The notes under the pieces are model-generated. The model did no database searches, was not told the DNA's origin, and saw only the letters and a program-made list of their open reading frames with translations. Position numbers and translations under genes: made by a program. This document shows, in pieces, positions 31,311 to 41,448 of a DNA stretch of 64,000 nt; within the stretch, counting starts at the first letter, position 1, and every line of letters starts with the position of its first letter. The DNA is from Parcubacteria group bacterium (GTDB taxonomy: Bacteria; Patescibacteriota; Minisyncoccia; 2-02-FULL-40-12). The DNA lies in the NCBI GenBank assembly GCA_016186395.1, contig JACPLU010000003.1:76289-140288 (forward strand). The letters run 5' to 3'.

Positions 31311-31410
31311 ATCAAAAGTAAAAACACAAAATGCAAAATTACAAATTAAAATTTAAAATTTTGGATTTTGAACTGAAATTTTGATTTTTGATTTTTGAAT
31401 TCTGAATTTA
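31310..31410. repeat. Inverted heptamer-repeat hairpin between mraZ and rsmH
   Basis: A-rich CAAAA units followed by TTTTGA units. Confidence 0.65.
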
Positions 31411-32306
31411 TTCATAGGCCGGTTCTTTTGGAAGAAGTAATAAAATTTTTAGATTTAAGAGAGGGCGATAAAGTAATTGATGCAACTGTTAATGGTGGCG
31501 GTCACGCAAAAAAGATTTTGGAGATAGTCGGAGATTCGGGAAGCTTACTTGGAATTGAATTAGATTCGGAACTTTATAATTTAGCCAAAATGTCATTTCC
31601 GCAAAGTCATAATTCACGAATTAAACTTGTAAATGATAATTTTGCAGAAATTGATCGGATAGCTGAAGAAAATGGTTTTAATGAAGTAAATGGAATATTG
31701 TTTGACTTTGGAGTTTCGAGTTTTCATTTTGATCAATCAGGCAGGGGATTTACTTTTCAGAAGGACGAGCCTCTGGATATGAGAATTACAAGTAATGGAT
31801 TTTTGTCGGCCAAAGAGATAGTTAATACTTATAGCGAGGAGGAGTTATATAAAATTTTAAAGGATTACGGAGAAGAAAGATTTGCTAAAAGTATATCTGG
31901 AAATATTGTTCAACAAAGGAAAAATAAGTTAATAGAGTCAACCAAAGAATTATCGGCGCTTATTGAAAAATCAGTACCAGATTGGTATAGGCATCAAAAA
32001 ATTAATCCGGCAACTAAAACCTTTCAAGCATTAAGAATTGCGGTAAATCAAGAATTAAAGAATATAGAACAAGGGCTTAAGGGTGCAATAAGGATTTTGG
32101 TTCGAGGAGGAAGGATTATAGCGATTTCTTTTCATGGCCTTGAAGATAAGATTGTAAAAAAAAAATTTAAGGAATGGGAGAAAGAAGGTTTAGGAAAAGT
32201 TTTAACAAAAAAACCAATAGTGCCTTCATCAGATGAGATTTTGATAAATGTGCGTTCCCGAAGCGCAAAAATGAGGGTTTTTCAGAAGATTTCTATACTT
32301 GCATAG
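31395..32306 (+). CDS. rsmH: 16S rRNA m4C1402 methyltransferase
   Basis: HRPVLL, DATVNGGGH, PLDMR and FQALRIAVN motifs. Confidence 0.97.
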   Translation: MNSEFIHRPVLLEEVIKFLDLREGDKVIDATVNGGGHAKKILEIVGDSGSLLGIELDSELYNLAKMSFPQSHNSRIKLVNDNFAEIDRIAEENGFNEVNGILFDFGVSSFHFDQSGRGFTFQKDEPLDMRITSNGFLSAKEIVNTYSEEELYKILKDYGEERFAKSISGNIVQQRKNKLIESTKELSALIEKSVPDWYRHQKINPATKTFQALRIAVNQELKNIEQGLKGAIRILVRGGRIIAISFHGLEDKIVKKKFKEWEKEGLGKVLTKKPIVPSSDEILINVRSRSAKMRVFQKISILA

Positions 32307-32311
32307 TATTC

Positions 32312-32713
32312 GTGGCAAGAATGCGGCTGCGATACTCTTTGTCGGTTAAATTTATTCTACTAGCTCGGTCACCAAAATATCAACCAAAGTTAATCTCAAA
32401 AGAGAGGAGTTTTGTTTTAGAAAGTCAATCTCTCGGACTTTTTAACCTTTTGCTTCTGGGAGTTTTAATAGTTAGTGTTTTATATTTTGTTGTTCAATCG
32501 AATTTAGTTGCATCTAAAAAACTTTTATTACAAAATTTAAATCAATCTATGGAGGGAATCTATGTGGATAATATTTTTAAGCACCCTTTGATAAGCGGAA
32601 ATATTCAAGAGTTAAAATCTGCTTTAAATATGATAGATGTGGATATTTTACACTCTATAACTTTAGATCCAAACGCTTTTGCTTTGGGATCTACTGAAAA
32701 TCTAACCAGGTAG
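32312..32713 (+). CDS. FtsL-like membrane protein
   Basis: Single TM helix plus coiled segment; position between rsmH and the PBP gene. Confidence 0.55.
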   Translation: MARMRLRYSLSVKFILLARSPKYQPKLISKERSFVLESQSLGLFNLLLLGVLIVSVLYFVVQSNLVASKKLLLQNLNQSMEGIYVDNIFKHPLISGNIQELKSALNMIDVDILHSITLDPNAFALGSTENLTR

Positions 32714-32794
32714 ATTCTGGTATAAATTAAATTCATATATGCTATATTCTTTTTATACCGCTTTATAGCGGGGTTTAGTTTGTAATATAACGGG

Positions 32795-34453
32795 ATGGGT
32801 AACGCAAAAAGGTTTTTTTCTTTGGGTTTTATAATTCTTGTTGCTTTTGTCTTGATAGGCTGGCGGCTTTTTCATGTTGGTTATCTTAGGCACACCTACT
32901 ATCAGGCGCTTAAAGAACAACAAATTGTTTTTCAAAATGATGCTTCTTCAAGGGGGAGTATATTGATTAAGGACTTGCCGAGCAATAATCTTATTTTATC
33001 TGCAGTTTCGGAAAAAGAATATAAAATTGAGCTTAGTAAGAAAAAACCTGTTCAGATTGATCGGGTTTTAAATTTGCTTTCTGGGATTGTAAGTTTTGAT
33101 GTAGACAGGGTTTTGAACGATTTTTTGGATTCATCGAAGAGTAAAGTTGTAATTATTGGAGGATTAAATCAAGATCAAATTTCAAAAATTCGCAGTCTTG
33201 GGTTAGATAGTTTAAATATCATTGCTTCTCCAAAACGCATATATCCGTTGGGTTCATTAGCTGCCCATGTTTTTGGTTTTTTAGGTTTTCAGGGTCAAGA
33301 TAGGGTGGGTCAATACGGGATAGAAGCTCAATATGAGGATTTACTTTCTGGTAAGAACTCGTCAAAAAATTCATCAGACCCCAGTGATAAAATTCAAAAT
33401 GCCAATTTAATTTTAACCATTGATAAAAATATACAAAGTTATGTTGAGGAGGTTATGAATGAGATCTATAAAAAATGGGAAGCATCTGGAGCAAGTGTAA
33501 TAGTTCAAGATCCAGGAAGCGGTGCCATATTAGCTATGGCTGCTACGCCGAGTTTTGATCCCAACAATTATTCAACATCACCAACCTCAAGATTTATTAA
33601 TCCGACTGTGCAGGAAGTTTTTGAACCCGGGTCATCTTTTAAACCTATTACTATGGCGGCAGGACTGGACTTGGGGGAGATAACTCCTAAGACTACATAT
33701 GTGGATCCTGGTATGGTAAGAATAGGCAGTTATACCATTACCAACTTTAACGGTAAGAACTTTGGTGTTCAAACCATGACTCAAGTTTTGGAAAAATCTT
33801 TAAATACTGGAGCGATATTTGTGGAACGTAAAATAGGTGATGAAAATTTTCTCAGTTACGTTGAACGTTTTGGTTTTGGTCGAAAAACTGGAATTGACCT
33901 TTTTGGAGAAACCTCCGGAGACATACAAAATTTATACTCAAAACGACCGGTCAACTTTGCCACTGCTGCTTTTGGTCAGGGAGTTGCTGTAACTCCGATT
34001 CAGTTAATTACCGCTTATTCAGCCATTGCTAATGGTGGTAAATTAATGAAACCCTATTTAGTTGATAAGATAATTTTTTCTGATGGGAAGGAAGAAATAG
34101 CAAAGTCATCAATAGTTGGAAGGCCCATTTCTGAAACAACTGCATTGACCCTTCAACAAATGTTAGTTTCGGCCGTAGATAATGGTTTTGATAAGGCGCG
34201 AGTTAAGGGTTATGATGTTGCAGGTAAGACTGGCACGGCCCAGATACCAGATGGTAAGGGTGGTTATTCTGATGAATTTATTCACAACTTTTTGGGGTTT
34301 GCCCCAGCGTATAATGCAAAATTTACGGTTTTGTTAAAGTTAGACCGTCCAAAGGGGATTAAATTTTCATCAGATAGCCTTTCACCGCCGTTTGCTAAGA
34401 TTTCAAGGTTTTTAGTAAATTATTTTAGCGTATCGCCGACAAGACCGAATTAA
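32795..34453 (+). CDS. ftsI: Class B penicillin-binding protein (FtsI)
   Basis: EPGSSFK, SLN and KTGT motifs; dcw position. Confidence 0.88.
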   Translation: MGNAKRFFSLGFIILVAFVLIGWRLFHVGYLRHTYYQALKEQQIVFQNDASSRGSILIKDLPSNNLILSAVSEKEYKIELSKKKPVQIDRVLNLLSGIVSFDVDRVLNDFLDSSKSKVVIIGGLNQDQISKIRSLGLDSLNIIASPKRIYPLGSLAAHVFGFLGFQGQDRVGQYGIEAQYEDLLSGKNSSKNSSDPSDKIQNANLILTIDKNIQSYVEEVMNEIYKKWEASGASVIVQDPGSGAILAMAATPSFDPNNYSTSPTSRFINPTVQEVFEPGSSFKPITMAAGLDLGEITPKTTYVDPGMVRIGSYTITNFNGKNFGVQTMTQVLEKSLNTGAIFVERKIGDENFLSYVERFGFGRKTGIDLFGETSGDIQNLYSKRPVNFATAAFGQGVAVTPIQLITAYSAIANGGKLMKPYLVDKIIFSDGKEEIAKSSIVGRPISETTALTLQQMLVSAVDNGFDKARVKGYDVAGKTGTAQIPDGKGGYSDEFIHNFLGFAPAYNAKFTVLLKLDRPKGIKFSSDSLSPPFAKISRFLVNYFSVSPTRPN

Positions 34454-34560
34454 ATTTAAAAGTCCCACCAGAGGCGAAGACCGCCAAAGGCGGCAAAAAG
34501 TGAAATGCAAAAATTAAAGCCAAAATTTAAAATTTTTTGATTTTTGAATTCTAAATTATA

Positions 34561-34740
34561 ATTACTTGCAGAACACCGCGGCCGTAAGGCCGCGGATGAA
34601 TGCAAGCCCTGAAGTGAGTCGAGTTTGACTCGACGAACGAAAGGTAAATATATAAATCAAATTTCAGCAAAAATCATTAATGTATTTTTGCTGAAATTGT
34701 ACTCGCCCGAGTACCACGGGCGTACGCCCGTGGATATCTA
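34561..34740 (-). mobile_element. IS200/IS605-end-like element, copy B
   Basis: AGAACACCGCGGCC..GGCCGCGGATGAATG and CCACGGGCGTACGCCCGTGG hairpins. Confidence 0.7.
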
Positions 34741-34743
34741 TTT

Positions 34744-36051
34744 ATGAAGTCTATTCTAGAGTTTATACTCAAAATATTGGCTAAAGCTGTTTTAAGAAAA
34801 TATAAACCCCAAGTAGTTGGGATTACTGGTTCGGTTGGAAAAACTTCGGCTAAAGAAGCGATTTATGCAGTGTTAAAAACCAAATATAAGGTAAGACGTG
34901 GGATGGGAAACTTAAATAATTCTCTCGGTGTTCCTTTAACTATTTTAAGCGGTTACTACGAAGATTATAAAGAAGTAAGTCCATGGTTTTTTTGGCCGAA
35001 AGTTGTTTTAGGGTCTTTAAGTTTATTATTTACTAAAGCTGACTATCCAGAGATTTTGATTCTTGAGTTAGGCGCAGATCACCCTGGCGATATTGGTTAT
35101 TTAGTTAAAATGGTAAAGCCATTTATCGGAGTGGTTACGGAAATAGGAGATATTCCTGTTCATGTAGAGTTTTATTCAGGACCCAAACATTTAGCCGAAG
35201 AAAAATCAAGGTTAATTTCTAGTTTGCCGTCAAACGGTTTTGCAATATTAAATACTGATGACGATTTAGTTTTAGATATGAAGAATCAATCTAGGGCCAA
35301 GGTGATGACTTACGGATTTGGCCGATCAGCCGATATGATTATTTCGGATTTAAATTATAATCAAACCGCGAACTTAGTGGATACAGAAATGACGTTTAAA
35401 ATTTCTTATGCCGGGAGTTTTGTACCCTTTAGACTTCATGCGTTTGGTAAATCCCAGGCTTATGCCACTGTCGCCGCGGCATCTGTTGGCGTTTCTTTAG
35501 GAATGAATCTGGTTGAAGTTGCTCAAGCAATGAAAGAATTTAAACCACCCATTGGTAGATTGAACTTAATAAGGGGTATTAAAAACACAGTAATTTTAGA
35601 TGATACGTACAATGCATCACCATCGTCTATGCATTTGGCCTTAGATATTCTTGGTCAGTTGCAAGCCAAAAGAAAGGTGGCAATTTTAGCTGATATGTTG
35701 GAATTAGGTGAATATACAGAAGAGGCTCATAGAAGTACGGGAAATTTAGCAGCTGAGTCTGCTGATGTCTTAATTTGTGTTGGAAGCCGAGCAATGTTTA
35801 TTGCAGATTCCGCCGGAAATCAACTTGCCCCGAGCGTAGTTGAGGGGATGTCTAAAGAAAATATTCTTAGATTTTCGAATGTTGGTGAAGCCTTAAAGCA
35901 AATAGACGGGTTAATAAAAGAAGGGGACTTAGTTTTAGTTAAAGGTTCGCAAAGCATGAGAATGGAGAAGCTAGTAGAATCAATAATGGCTGAACCGGAA
36001 AAAGCAGGTGAATTGTTAGTAAGGCAAGGAAAGAATTGGAAAAAGCAATGA
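34744..36051 (+). CDS. murF: UDP-MurNAc-tripeptide:D-Ala-D-Ala ligase
   Basis: GITGSVGKT, DDTYNASP, MLELG and LVKGS motifs. Confidence 0.93.
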   Translation: MKSILEFILKILAKAVLRKYKPQVVGITGSVGKTSAKEAIYAVLKTKYKVRRGMGNLNNSLGVPLTILSGYYEDYKEVSPWFFWPKVVLGSLSLLFTKADYPEILILELGADHPGDIGYLVKMVKPFIGVVTEIGDIPVHVEFYSGPKHLAEEKSRLISSLPSNGFAILNTDDDLVLDMKNQSRAKVMTYGFGRSADMIISDLNYNQTANLVDTEMTFKISYAGSFVPFRLHAFGKSQAYATVAAASVGVSLGMNLVEVAQAMKEFKPPIGRLNLIRGIKNTVILDDTYNASPSSMHLALDILGQLQAKRKVAILADMLELGEYTEEAHRSTGNLAAESADVLICVGSRAMFIADSAGNQLAPSVVEGMSKENILRFSNVGEALKQIDGLIKEGDLVLVKGSQSMRMEKLVESIMAEPEKAGELLVRQGKNWKKQ

Positions 36052-36053
36052 AC

Positions 36054-36188
36054 GGTTGAGTCAATGTACTTTTTAGGCACGTAATTTTTATCCAGCGATA
36101 AAAATTACTAAGTGGCATTGTAAAATTCGCCTGAGGCGAACCGTGCATTTTCCAATGCCAATTACCTAAAAAATACATTGACTCAATC
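36054..36188 (-). ncRNA. Three-way-junction structured element, copy 2
   Basis: Same junction and loop motifs as copy 1 (TGCACGG, CGCTGGA) with different, still paired stems. Confidence 0.6.
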
Positions 36189-36344
36189 CTGCAAAGACAG
36201 TATGAATAGAAAATAATGCCCCTGTTGTCTCCTCCTTCGCTCAAATGATATTTGAGCTTCGGACGGACAAAGAAGTTTGGTCTAATTCCGATTTCTTTAA
36301 ATCTCTGTTGGCGCATTCGTTTCCGATTTATATAAAAATTTGTT

Positions 36345-36422
36345 GGCCTTATCGTCTAGCTTGGTCCAGGACACTTGGTTCTCATCCAAGAAACTCGGGT
36401 TCAAATCCCGATGAGGCCGCCA
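36345..36422 (+). tRNA. tRNA-Glu(CTC)
   Basis: GGCCTTA/TGAGGCC acceptor stem, CTTGG-TTCTCAT-CCAAG anticodon arm, encoded CCA. Confidence 0.93.
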
Positions 36423-36485
36423 AATTTTTATTAATAAATCGAGAATCCACGATTGTTAGTTGCGCTTAGCACAAAACAATCGGGA

Positions 36486-36550
36486 CTAGTCTGGTCTAGG
36501 ACACGACGTTCTCAACGCTGGAACACGGGTTCGATTCCCGTATGCGTTGC
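36486..36550 (+). pseudogene. tRNA-Glu(CTC) pseudogene lacking the 5' acceptor strand
   Basis: CTAGTCTGGTCTAGGACA..TTCTCAA..ACGGGTTCGATTCCCGT; mismatched anticodon stem. Confidence 0.65.
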
Positions 36551-36814
36551 GAGCGAACGAAGGTGAGTGAATACTGAGATCAGCAGATCGAAGTGCGCTC
36601 TATATTTTACTAACTAACTTTATGCAGGGCCAGGAGATATGTGAATAAAATGGTGCCTGACACCTTTTTCCAACACCTTTTTCCAACGGTGCTCTTGACT
36701 TAAAAAACCGGTTATGCTACATTAGTCAACGTAATCAGGCTTAATGCTTGATACCTATACGGCATGGTGTCGTATAGAACTTGTAGATTGAAAATTAAAA
36801 AAGGAGAAACGGAT

Positions 36815-37177
36815 ATGAAAAAGACTTTCGCAGTTTTCGCTTCGACCGTCGTGCTCAGTTTCCTCGTCCCGATTATTGGTTGTTCTACACCCGTGGATTC
36901 TCAGCACCCATCCCAAAAGTGTGTAGAGGGAATAGTAGAGAGAGTAGAATATACACAGACGGAAAATGGTTTTATGAACCCAGGACATCAGAATAACCAT
37001 ATATATTTTTCTGATGGAAGATCTATTTCTCTGCCAGGGACATTGCGAGCACCAAAGGCAATAGTTGTAGGAAAATTCAATAGGATTTGGTTTGATGACA
37101 CCAGTAGCTACCGTAACCACACCCCTTGGATAAGAGATGTCGAAATACTTCAACAGCCTGAGACAAATTCGAAGTAG
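36815..37177 (+). CDS. Putative lipoprotein
   Basis: AAGGAG RBS; MKK signal peptide with IIGC lipobox-like motif. Confidence 0.65.
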   Translation: MKKTFAVFASTVVLSFLVPIIGCSTPVDSQHPSQKCVEGIVERVEYTQTENGFMNPGHQNNHIYFSDGRSISLPGTLRAPKAIVVGKFNRIWFDDTSSYRNHTPWIRDVEILQQPETNSK

Positions 37178-37507
37178 CGCGAGCCATAGCTTGCTCATCA
37201 GCGCCTTGCGGAATTCGTGAACAACGAATCAATCCGCAAGGCGCTTTCTTTTTCTCAAATCTCAAAGAACAAACTTTGCGAAAACAAATGCTTTCAGCTG
37301 TTCTTTATTTGTATTTGTTTTCGCAACAACGGCGAAATGCGCTCGAACTATTTTAAGTATTCTGCGCAAAATATGTATAAATTATTGTGCTGGGTCATCC
37401 AAGATTGAGTTCTCCGCCAAAGGCGGATCATCCTCAGGCTGAAAATCCCGATGAGGCCGCCAAATTTTTATTAATAAATCGAGGGTTCTAAGTATCAGTC
37501 GTCTTTG

Positions 37508-37942
37508 CTACTTTTTTTGATTTAAATTTTTGACATTAGCTTTTAGGAACGCCTGGATATGATTTAAAATTGGTTCTTTTTTATGCGGTCTGCTTCCAGC
37601 GATATGCTTGGCGAATCTATAAAGTCTATCATTGCTAATATAAATCCATGACCCGTTCTTATACAGAAAGTATAGTAAACACATGATAGCAATTCTTTTA
37701 TTTCCATTTTGAAATGGGTGGTTTTTTATTAAAAGATAAAATAAAACACTCCCTTTGCCAATAAGACCTCTATAGAAATCTGTTTTATCAAAACTTGCAA
37801 AAGGGACGGCAAGACAACTTTCAAGTATATTAGGGAATCTTGAACCAAAATTGGGAATAGGTTCATTCCATGTCATTAACTTTTCTGCTAAACGGAAGGC
37901 TGTGTATTCTACCTCGGCAATTGTTAGTTGTTTTGGTCTCAT
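37508..37942 (-). CDS. Fic/Doc family toxin
   Basis: HPFQNGNKR motif. Confidence 0.9.
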   Translation of the reverse strand: MRPKQLTIAEVEYTAFRLAEKLMTWNEPIPNFGSRFPNILESCLAVPFASFDKTDFYRGLIGKGSVLFYLLIKNHPFQNGNKRIAIMCLLYFLYKNGSWIYISNDRLYRFAKHIAGSRPHKKEPILNHIQAFLKANVKNLNQKK

Positions 37943-38193
37943 TCCTTTCCAAGTAATTTAAAAACTTCACCATAGTCTGCAATGGCTTTATTGAGGGCTT
38001 TTTCAATATTATCTTTTTTTTCTTGACCAATTGATTTTCCCAAAGCTTCTAATAGATTTTCGTGGCTGACTATATAGTTTCTTCCAACCTTCTCGGCTTT
38101 TAGTTTCCCTTTTTTGATACGGTTGAATACCCCCACTCTGCTTATATGTAATATATGTGCTACTTCAGTTGTAGAATAGTATTTTTTTGTCAT
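37939..38193 (-). CDS. Excisionase/MerR-like HTH protein, probable antitoxin
   Basis: YSTTEVAHILHISRVGVFNRIKKGKLKA; C-terminal YGEVFKLLGKE; ATGA overlap with the Doc gene. Confidence 0.8.
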   Translation of the reverse strand: MTKKYYSTTEVAHILHISRVGVFNRIKKGKLKAEKVGRNYIVSHENLLEALGKSIGQEKKDNIEKALNKAIADYGEVFKLLGKE

Positions 38194-38198
38194 ATTCG

Positions 38199-38220
38199 TA
38201 TGTTAACATATGTTAACATA
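38199..38220. promoter_or_regulatory. Palindromic operator upstream of the toxin-antitoxin pair
   Basis: TATGTTAACATATGTTAACATA. Confidence 0.55.
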
Positions 38221-38268
38221 CGAATAAAGTCCATTTTCTATAGTGACACAGGGCTTTCTGTTTTTATT

Positions 38269-38609
38269 ATTTCTTGTAGAATACCCCGCGGTTTGCCCCG
38301 TCACCAGACCCAGCACAGCAATGCCAGAATGTTTTGGGTTTAAGTGCACTTCAGTCCGTAGAGTACACTTACTTTAGTAAGAACCGTTCTAATAAAGCAT
38401 TGGTACAGAAAACCAGTGCTGGGCTCGGTGCGGGGCTTGCCACGGAGATGAATGTAAGCCCGAAGCGAAGCCAAGTCAGACTTGGCGAAGCGGAGGAAAT
38501 AACATAAATCCAGCAATTTTTGAAATATTTAAAAAATACTAATTCTTTTCAAAAATTGCGTAGGGTACTCTTTTTAAGAGTACCTCACAGCTTGCTGTGA
38601 GGATTTCTA
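38269..38609 (-). mobile_element. IS200/IS605-end-like element, copy C, with a nested CCCCG..CGGGG palindromic element
   Basis: AGAATACCCCGCGG..[insert ~38297-38436]..GATGAATG and CCTCACAGCTTGCTGTGAGG hairpins. Confidence 0.68.
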
Positions 38610-38683
38610 TTAATTTGTTTTGATATGCTGATTTTCTTCTCTTTCAAACATGCAGGGTGGAGTAAATAAAAAGCCCTTGTGGG

Positions 38684-38890
38684 CTAAAAAAATCTTATTT
38701 TAGAACGAAGAGTATCCCAAGCTTTACTTTTAGACATTCTAAGACGTTTCCTTTCTTTTTCTAACTCATCGCGGTTTTCTGCCAAAAGCACTAGAAGATT
38801 CCAGGCTCTCCACTTAGGCATATTGTGGGTTTTTCTAATTTTTTCTAAGCTGGGATATCCAGTTTTTATTAAAACCTTTTTCCTGGGCAT
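38684..38890 (-). CDS. Small basic hypothetical protein
   Basis: AGGAG RBS upstream; 68 aa. Confidence 0.5.
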   Translation of the reverse strand: MPRKKVLIKTGYPSLEKIRKTHNMPKWRAWNLLVLLAENRDELEKERKRLRMSKSKAWDTLRSKIRFF

Positions 38891-39235
38891 TTTATTCTCC
38901 TAGTAAGTTTATGATGTGCTGTTAATAAAATTATTCCTATGGCAAATTAATGTCAAACCCTGCCGTTGATCCCGCTCTTAAGTTTAAGGGCTGGGTTGAG
39001 CTCAAGGGTGGAGGCAAACAATATAAAATATGATTGACAGTTGGAGTACTCTATGCTAAGTTGTTTTTACTTAGGTTTTGTCATTTAACAAAAAGGGGGA
39101 ATAAAAATGTGGATTAAGATTAATTGGAGTACTGTATTCTTGGATTTTTTTGGAGTACTCGCCTGTATTTTTATTCTATTATCATCTGTTTTTTCCCACA
39201 GAATATGCAGTCGAACTGGGAAGAGTAAATAAAAT

Positions 39236-39652
39236 ATGCGAGTTTTTCTAGTTCGACATGGAGATGCTAGGGGCAGTTTAACAGAAAATGGAAGAATGCA
39301 AATTTCAGCAACAGCTAACTTTTTGGAGTCATTAAAACTAGATCCTTTGAAAACTGTATTACTTACATCTGAACGTCAAATGGCAGTTGAGACCGCGGAA
39401 ATCATTCGAGAAAGGTTTGGGTTTAATAATTGTTTACAAAAATCTTGGTTAACGTGTGGAACAGATGAACATACTAAATTTTGTTTGGAAAATTTCATCA
39501 GAGATAATCCTCAATTTGAGACGGTTATCTGTGTGAGTCATGAACCAGAACTTGAAGAAGTTCTTCGAGCGCTTGGATTTTATAAGACTGTTCCCAAGGG
39601 TTCTGTACATGAGATTCAGCTTAGTACCGGAACCGCATCGCGTCTCTATTAA
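39236..39652 (+). CDS. SixA-like histidine phosphatase
   Basis: LVRHG, RQMAVETA and VSHEP motifs. Confidence 0.8.
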   Translation: MRVFLVRHGDARGSLTENGRMQISATANFLESLKLDPLKTVLLTSERQMAVETAEIIRERFGFNNCLQKSWLTCGTDEHTKFCLENFIRDNPQFETVICVSHEPELEEVLRALGFYKTVPKGSVHEIQLSTGTASRLY

Positions 39653-39809
39653 TCACGCTGGTCATTTCGGCCAGTTTTTTTGTTTACCAAAAGTTTTTGT
39701 ATCTTTACAAATTGTTTGATATCTATTACATTTTTTTCACTATTTTTACTATTGGCAAAGAGTACAAAGTGATGTATTTTGCCAATAAAGATCTTTTCCA
39801 ATACGGAGC

Positions 39810-40093
39810 TAAAGATGGAAAAAATAGTTTGTAATCGAGCCAAACATCCGGGTCATCCGCTAGAAAATATCGAGGCTAGATACAGAACTGTAACAAGATA
39901 TGGTAAAGAGCAACTTTGCGAAAAATGCGCTACTCCGATGTTGATAGCAAGGCAGATGCTCATAAACGATTTTAACGACGGGGCATTGTTGTCGATCGTA
40001 GATTTGAGTAATAATCTGGATATTTTAAAAGAGCTGGTTAAAAATAATGCTAAAAATGGCCTATTACACCAGAGCACTGATGAAGATATTTGA
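39810..40093 (+). CDS. Hypothetical protein with Cys/His cluster (start uncertain)
   Basis: CNRAKH..CEKC. Confidence 0.45.
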
Positions 40094-40158
40094 TGCTGTT
40101 TTAATTGAAAGTACGCGCCTATTGCGCGTTTTTTAAATTTTAGGTAGTATTTCCAGTA

Positions 40159-40476
40159 ATGCATTTTGCTATAATTCTAACTGGTGGCAAACAATATTTA
40201 GTAAAAGAAGGGGATTTACTTAAAGTTGAGAAATTAAACCCAAAAGAGGGTGAGGATTTAGTATTTGATAAAGTTCTTCTTTTTTCAGATGGTGAAGCCG
40301 TTAAATTAGGCAAACCATATTTGGAAGGGGCATCTGTTAGGGCCAGTATTTTAGAGCAGGGAAAGGATAAAAAGAAGATTGTTTTTAGGTTTAAGTCAAA
40401 GACTCGTTATAAAAAGAAAAAAGGCCATAGACAGCCTTTCACAAAAGTTAAGATTGAGAAAATAATCTTTGGCTAA
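40159..40476 (+). CDS. rplU: 50S ribosomal protein L21
   Basis: TGGKQY and GHRQPFT motifs. Confidence 0.98.
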   Translation: MHFAIILTGGKQYLVKEGDLLKVEKLNPKEGEDLVFDKVLLFSDGEAVKLGKPYLEGASVRASILEQGKDKKKIVFRFKSKTRYKKKKGHRQPFTKVKIEKIIFG

Positions 40477-40484
40477 TTTTTATT

Positions 40485-40617
40485 ATTTCTTGCAGAATAC
40501 CCCGCGGCCTGTCTGCCGATAGGCAGGCTTGCCGTGGGGATGAATGCAAGCCCGAAGCAAAGTCGAGCTTAGCTCGACGAAGCGGAGGAAATAACATAAA
40601 TCCAGCAATTTTTGAAA
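40485..40617 (-). mobile_element. IS200/IS605-end-like element, copy D (truncated)
   Basis: Nearly identical to 38269 and 38437-38525. Confidence 0.68.
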
Positions 40618-40648
40618 GGTTTTAACTCGGATATATCAACCCGTTGAG

Positions 40649-40806
40649 CTTGCTGAATAATACTCTTTCTCTTTCTTCGCAAACCCCAGCGTGGTTTGCT
40701 CAGGGGTTGAGTCTTTCGCTCTTACCCGGCTCTTTCAAAAGAAAGAGCCGGGTAAACCATGCCCGCTACAGGCTCAAAACCCGTTCAAGAGTATTATTTC
40801 AGCAAG
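40649..40806. repeat. TIR element (CTTGCTGAATAATACTC..GAGTATTATTTCAGCAAG), copy 1
   Basis: Second copy at 56278-56468; both lie between convergent genes. Confidence 0.75.
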
Positions 40807-40817
40807 AGTTTATTATT

Positions 40818-41420
40818 TTAGTTTCTTCTTTCCAACGCATCTTTCAACGTTATTTCGTCAACATATTCCAAAGATGTACCAAAGGATATGCCTCTACCTA
40901 AACGAGTAATTTGAATTTGATCTTGAAGTTTTTTTAATTTGTCCTCGATGTATATGGCAGTGGTGTTGCCAAAAGGCGTGGGGCTTAGTGCCAGAATGAT
41001 TTCCGGTTTTTTATTCTTTTGACTTAGAATATTTTTAATTCTTTGGTTAAGTTGACTGATTGTTAATCTCTCGGCATTTATACCGTCTATAGGATTTATT
41101 GCTCCTCCCAATACGTGATAGTGGCCCTGGTAATGTCCGGTTCTCTCAACTGATTCCAGGTCGCTAATCTTTTCTACAACCATAATTTTAGAAGCGTCTC
41201 TTTTGGGATTTAAGCATATATAACAGCGGTCAGTTTCCCCAACATAAAAACATTGGGTGCAAAGTTTAATTTCTTGTTTCAGGTTGGCAATTAATCTTGC
41301 AAATTCAACAAGTTCCGTTTCGTCGCGGTTTAAAAGCGATAAAACAAAACGGGTCGCTTGACGTGGCCCCACCCCGGGTAAAATCGTAAAAAGTTTTTTT
41401 AGCTTTGTGAAAGATTTCAT
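40818..41420 (-). CDS. recR: Recombination protein RecR
   Basis: LPGVGPR, C4 zinc finger, YHVLGGAINP and TRLGRG motifs. Confidence 0.95.
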   Translation of the reverse strand: MKSFTKLKKLFTILPGVGPRQATRFVLSLLNRDETELVEFARLIANLKQEIKLCTQCFYVGETDRCYICLNPKRDASKIMVVEKISDLESVERTGHYQGHYHVLGGAINPIDGINAERLTISQLNQRIKNILSQKNKKPEIILALSPTPFGNTTAIYIEDKLKKLQDQIQITRLGRGISFGTSLEYVDEITLKDALERRN

Positions 41421-41448
41421 ACGATGCAAATATACGAATTGATACTAA

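Larger units (their letters stand above)
36403..37483. mobile_element. About 1-kb islet bounded by a 41-bp direct repeat of the tRNA-Glu 3' end
   Basis: AAATCCCGATGAGGCCGCCAAATTTTTATTAATAAATCGAG at 36403-36443 and 37443-37483. Confidence 0.75.

Noticed and set aside
40644-40909. Short plus-strand ORFs 40644-40901 and 40691-40909
   Set aside because: They span a repeat element and the antisense strand of recR.
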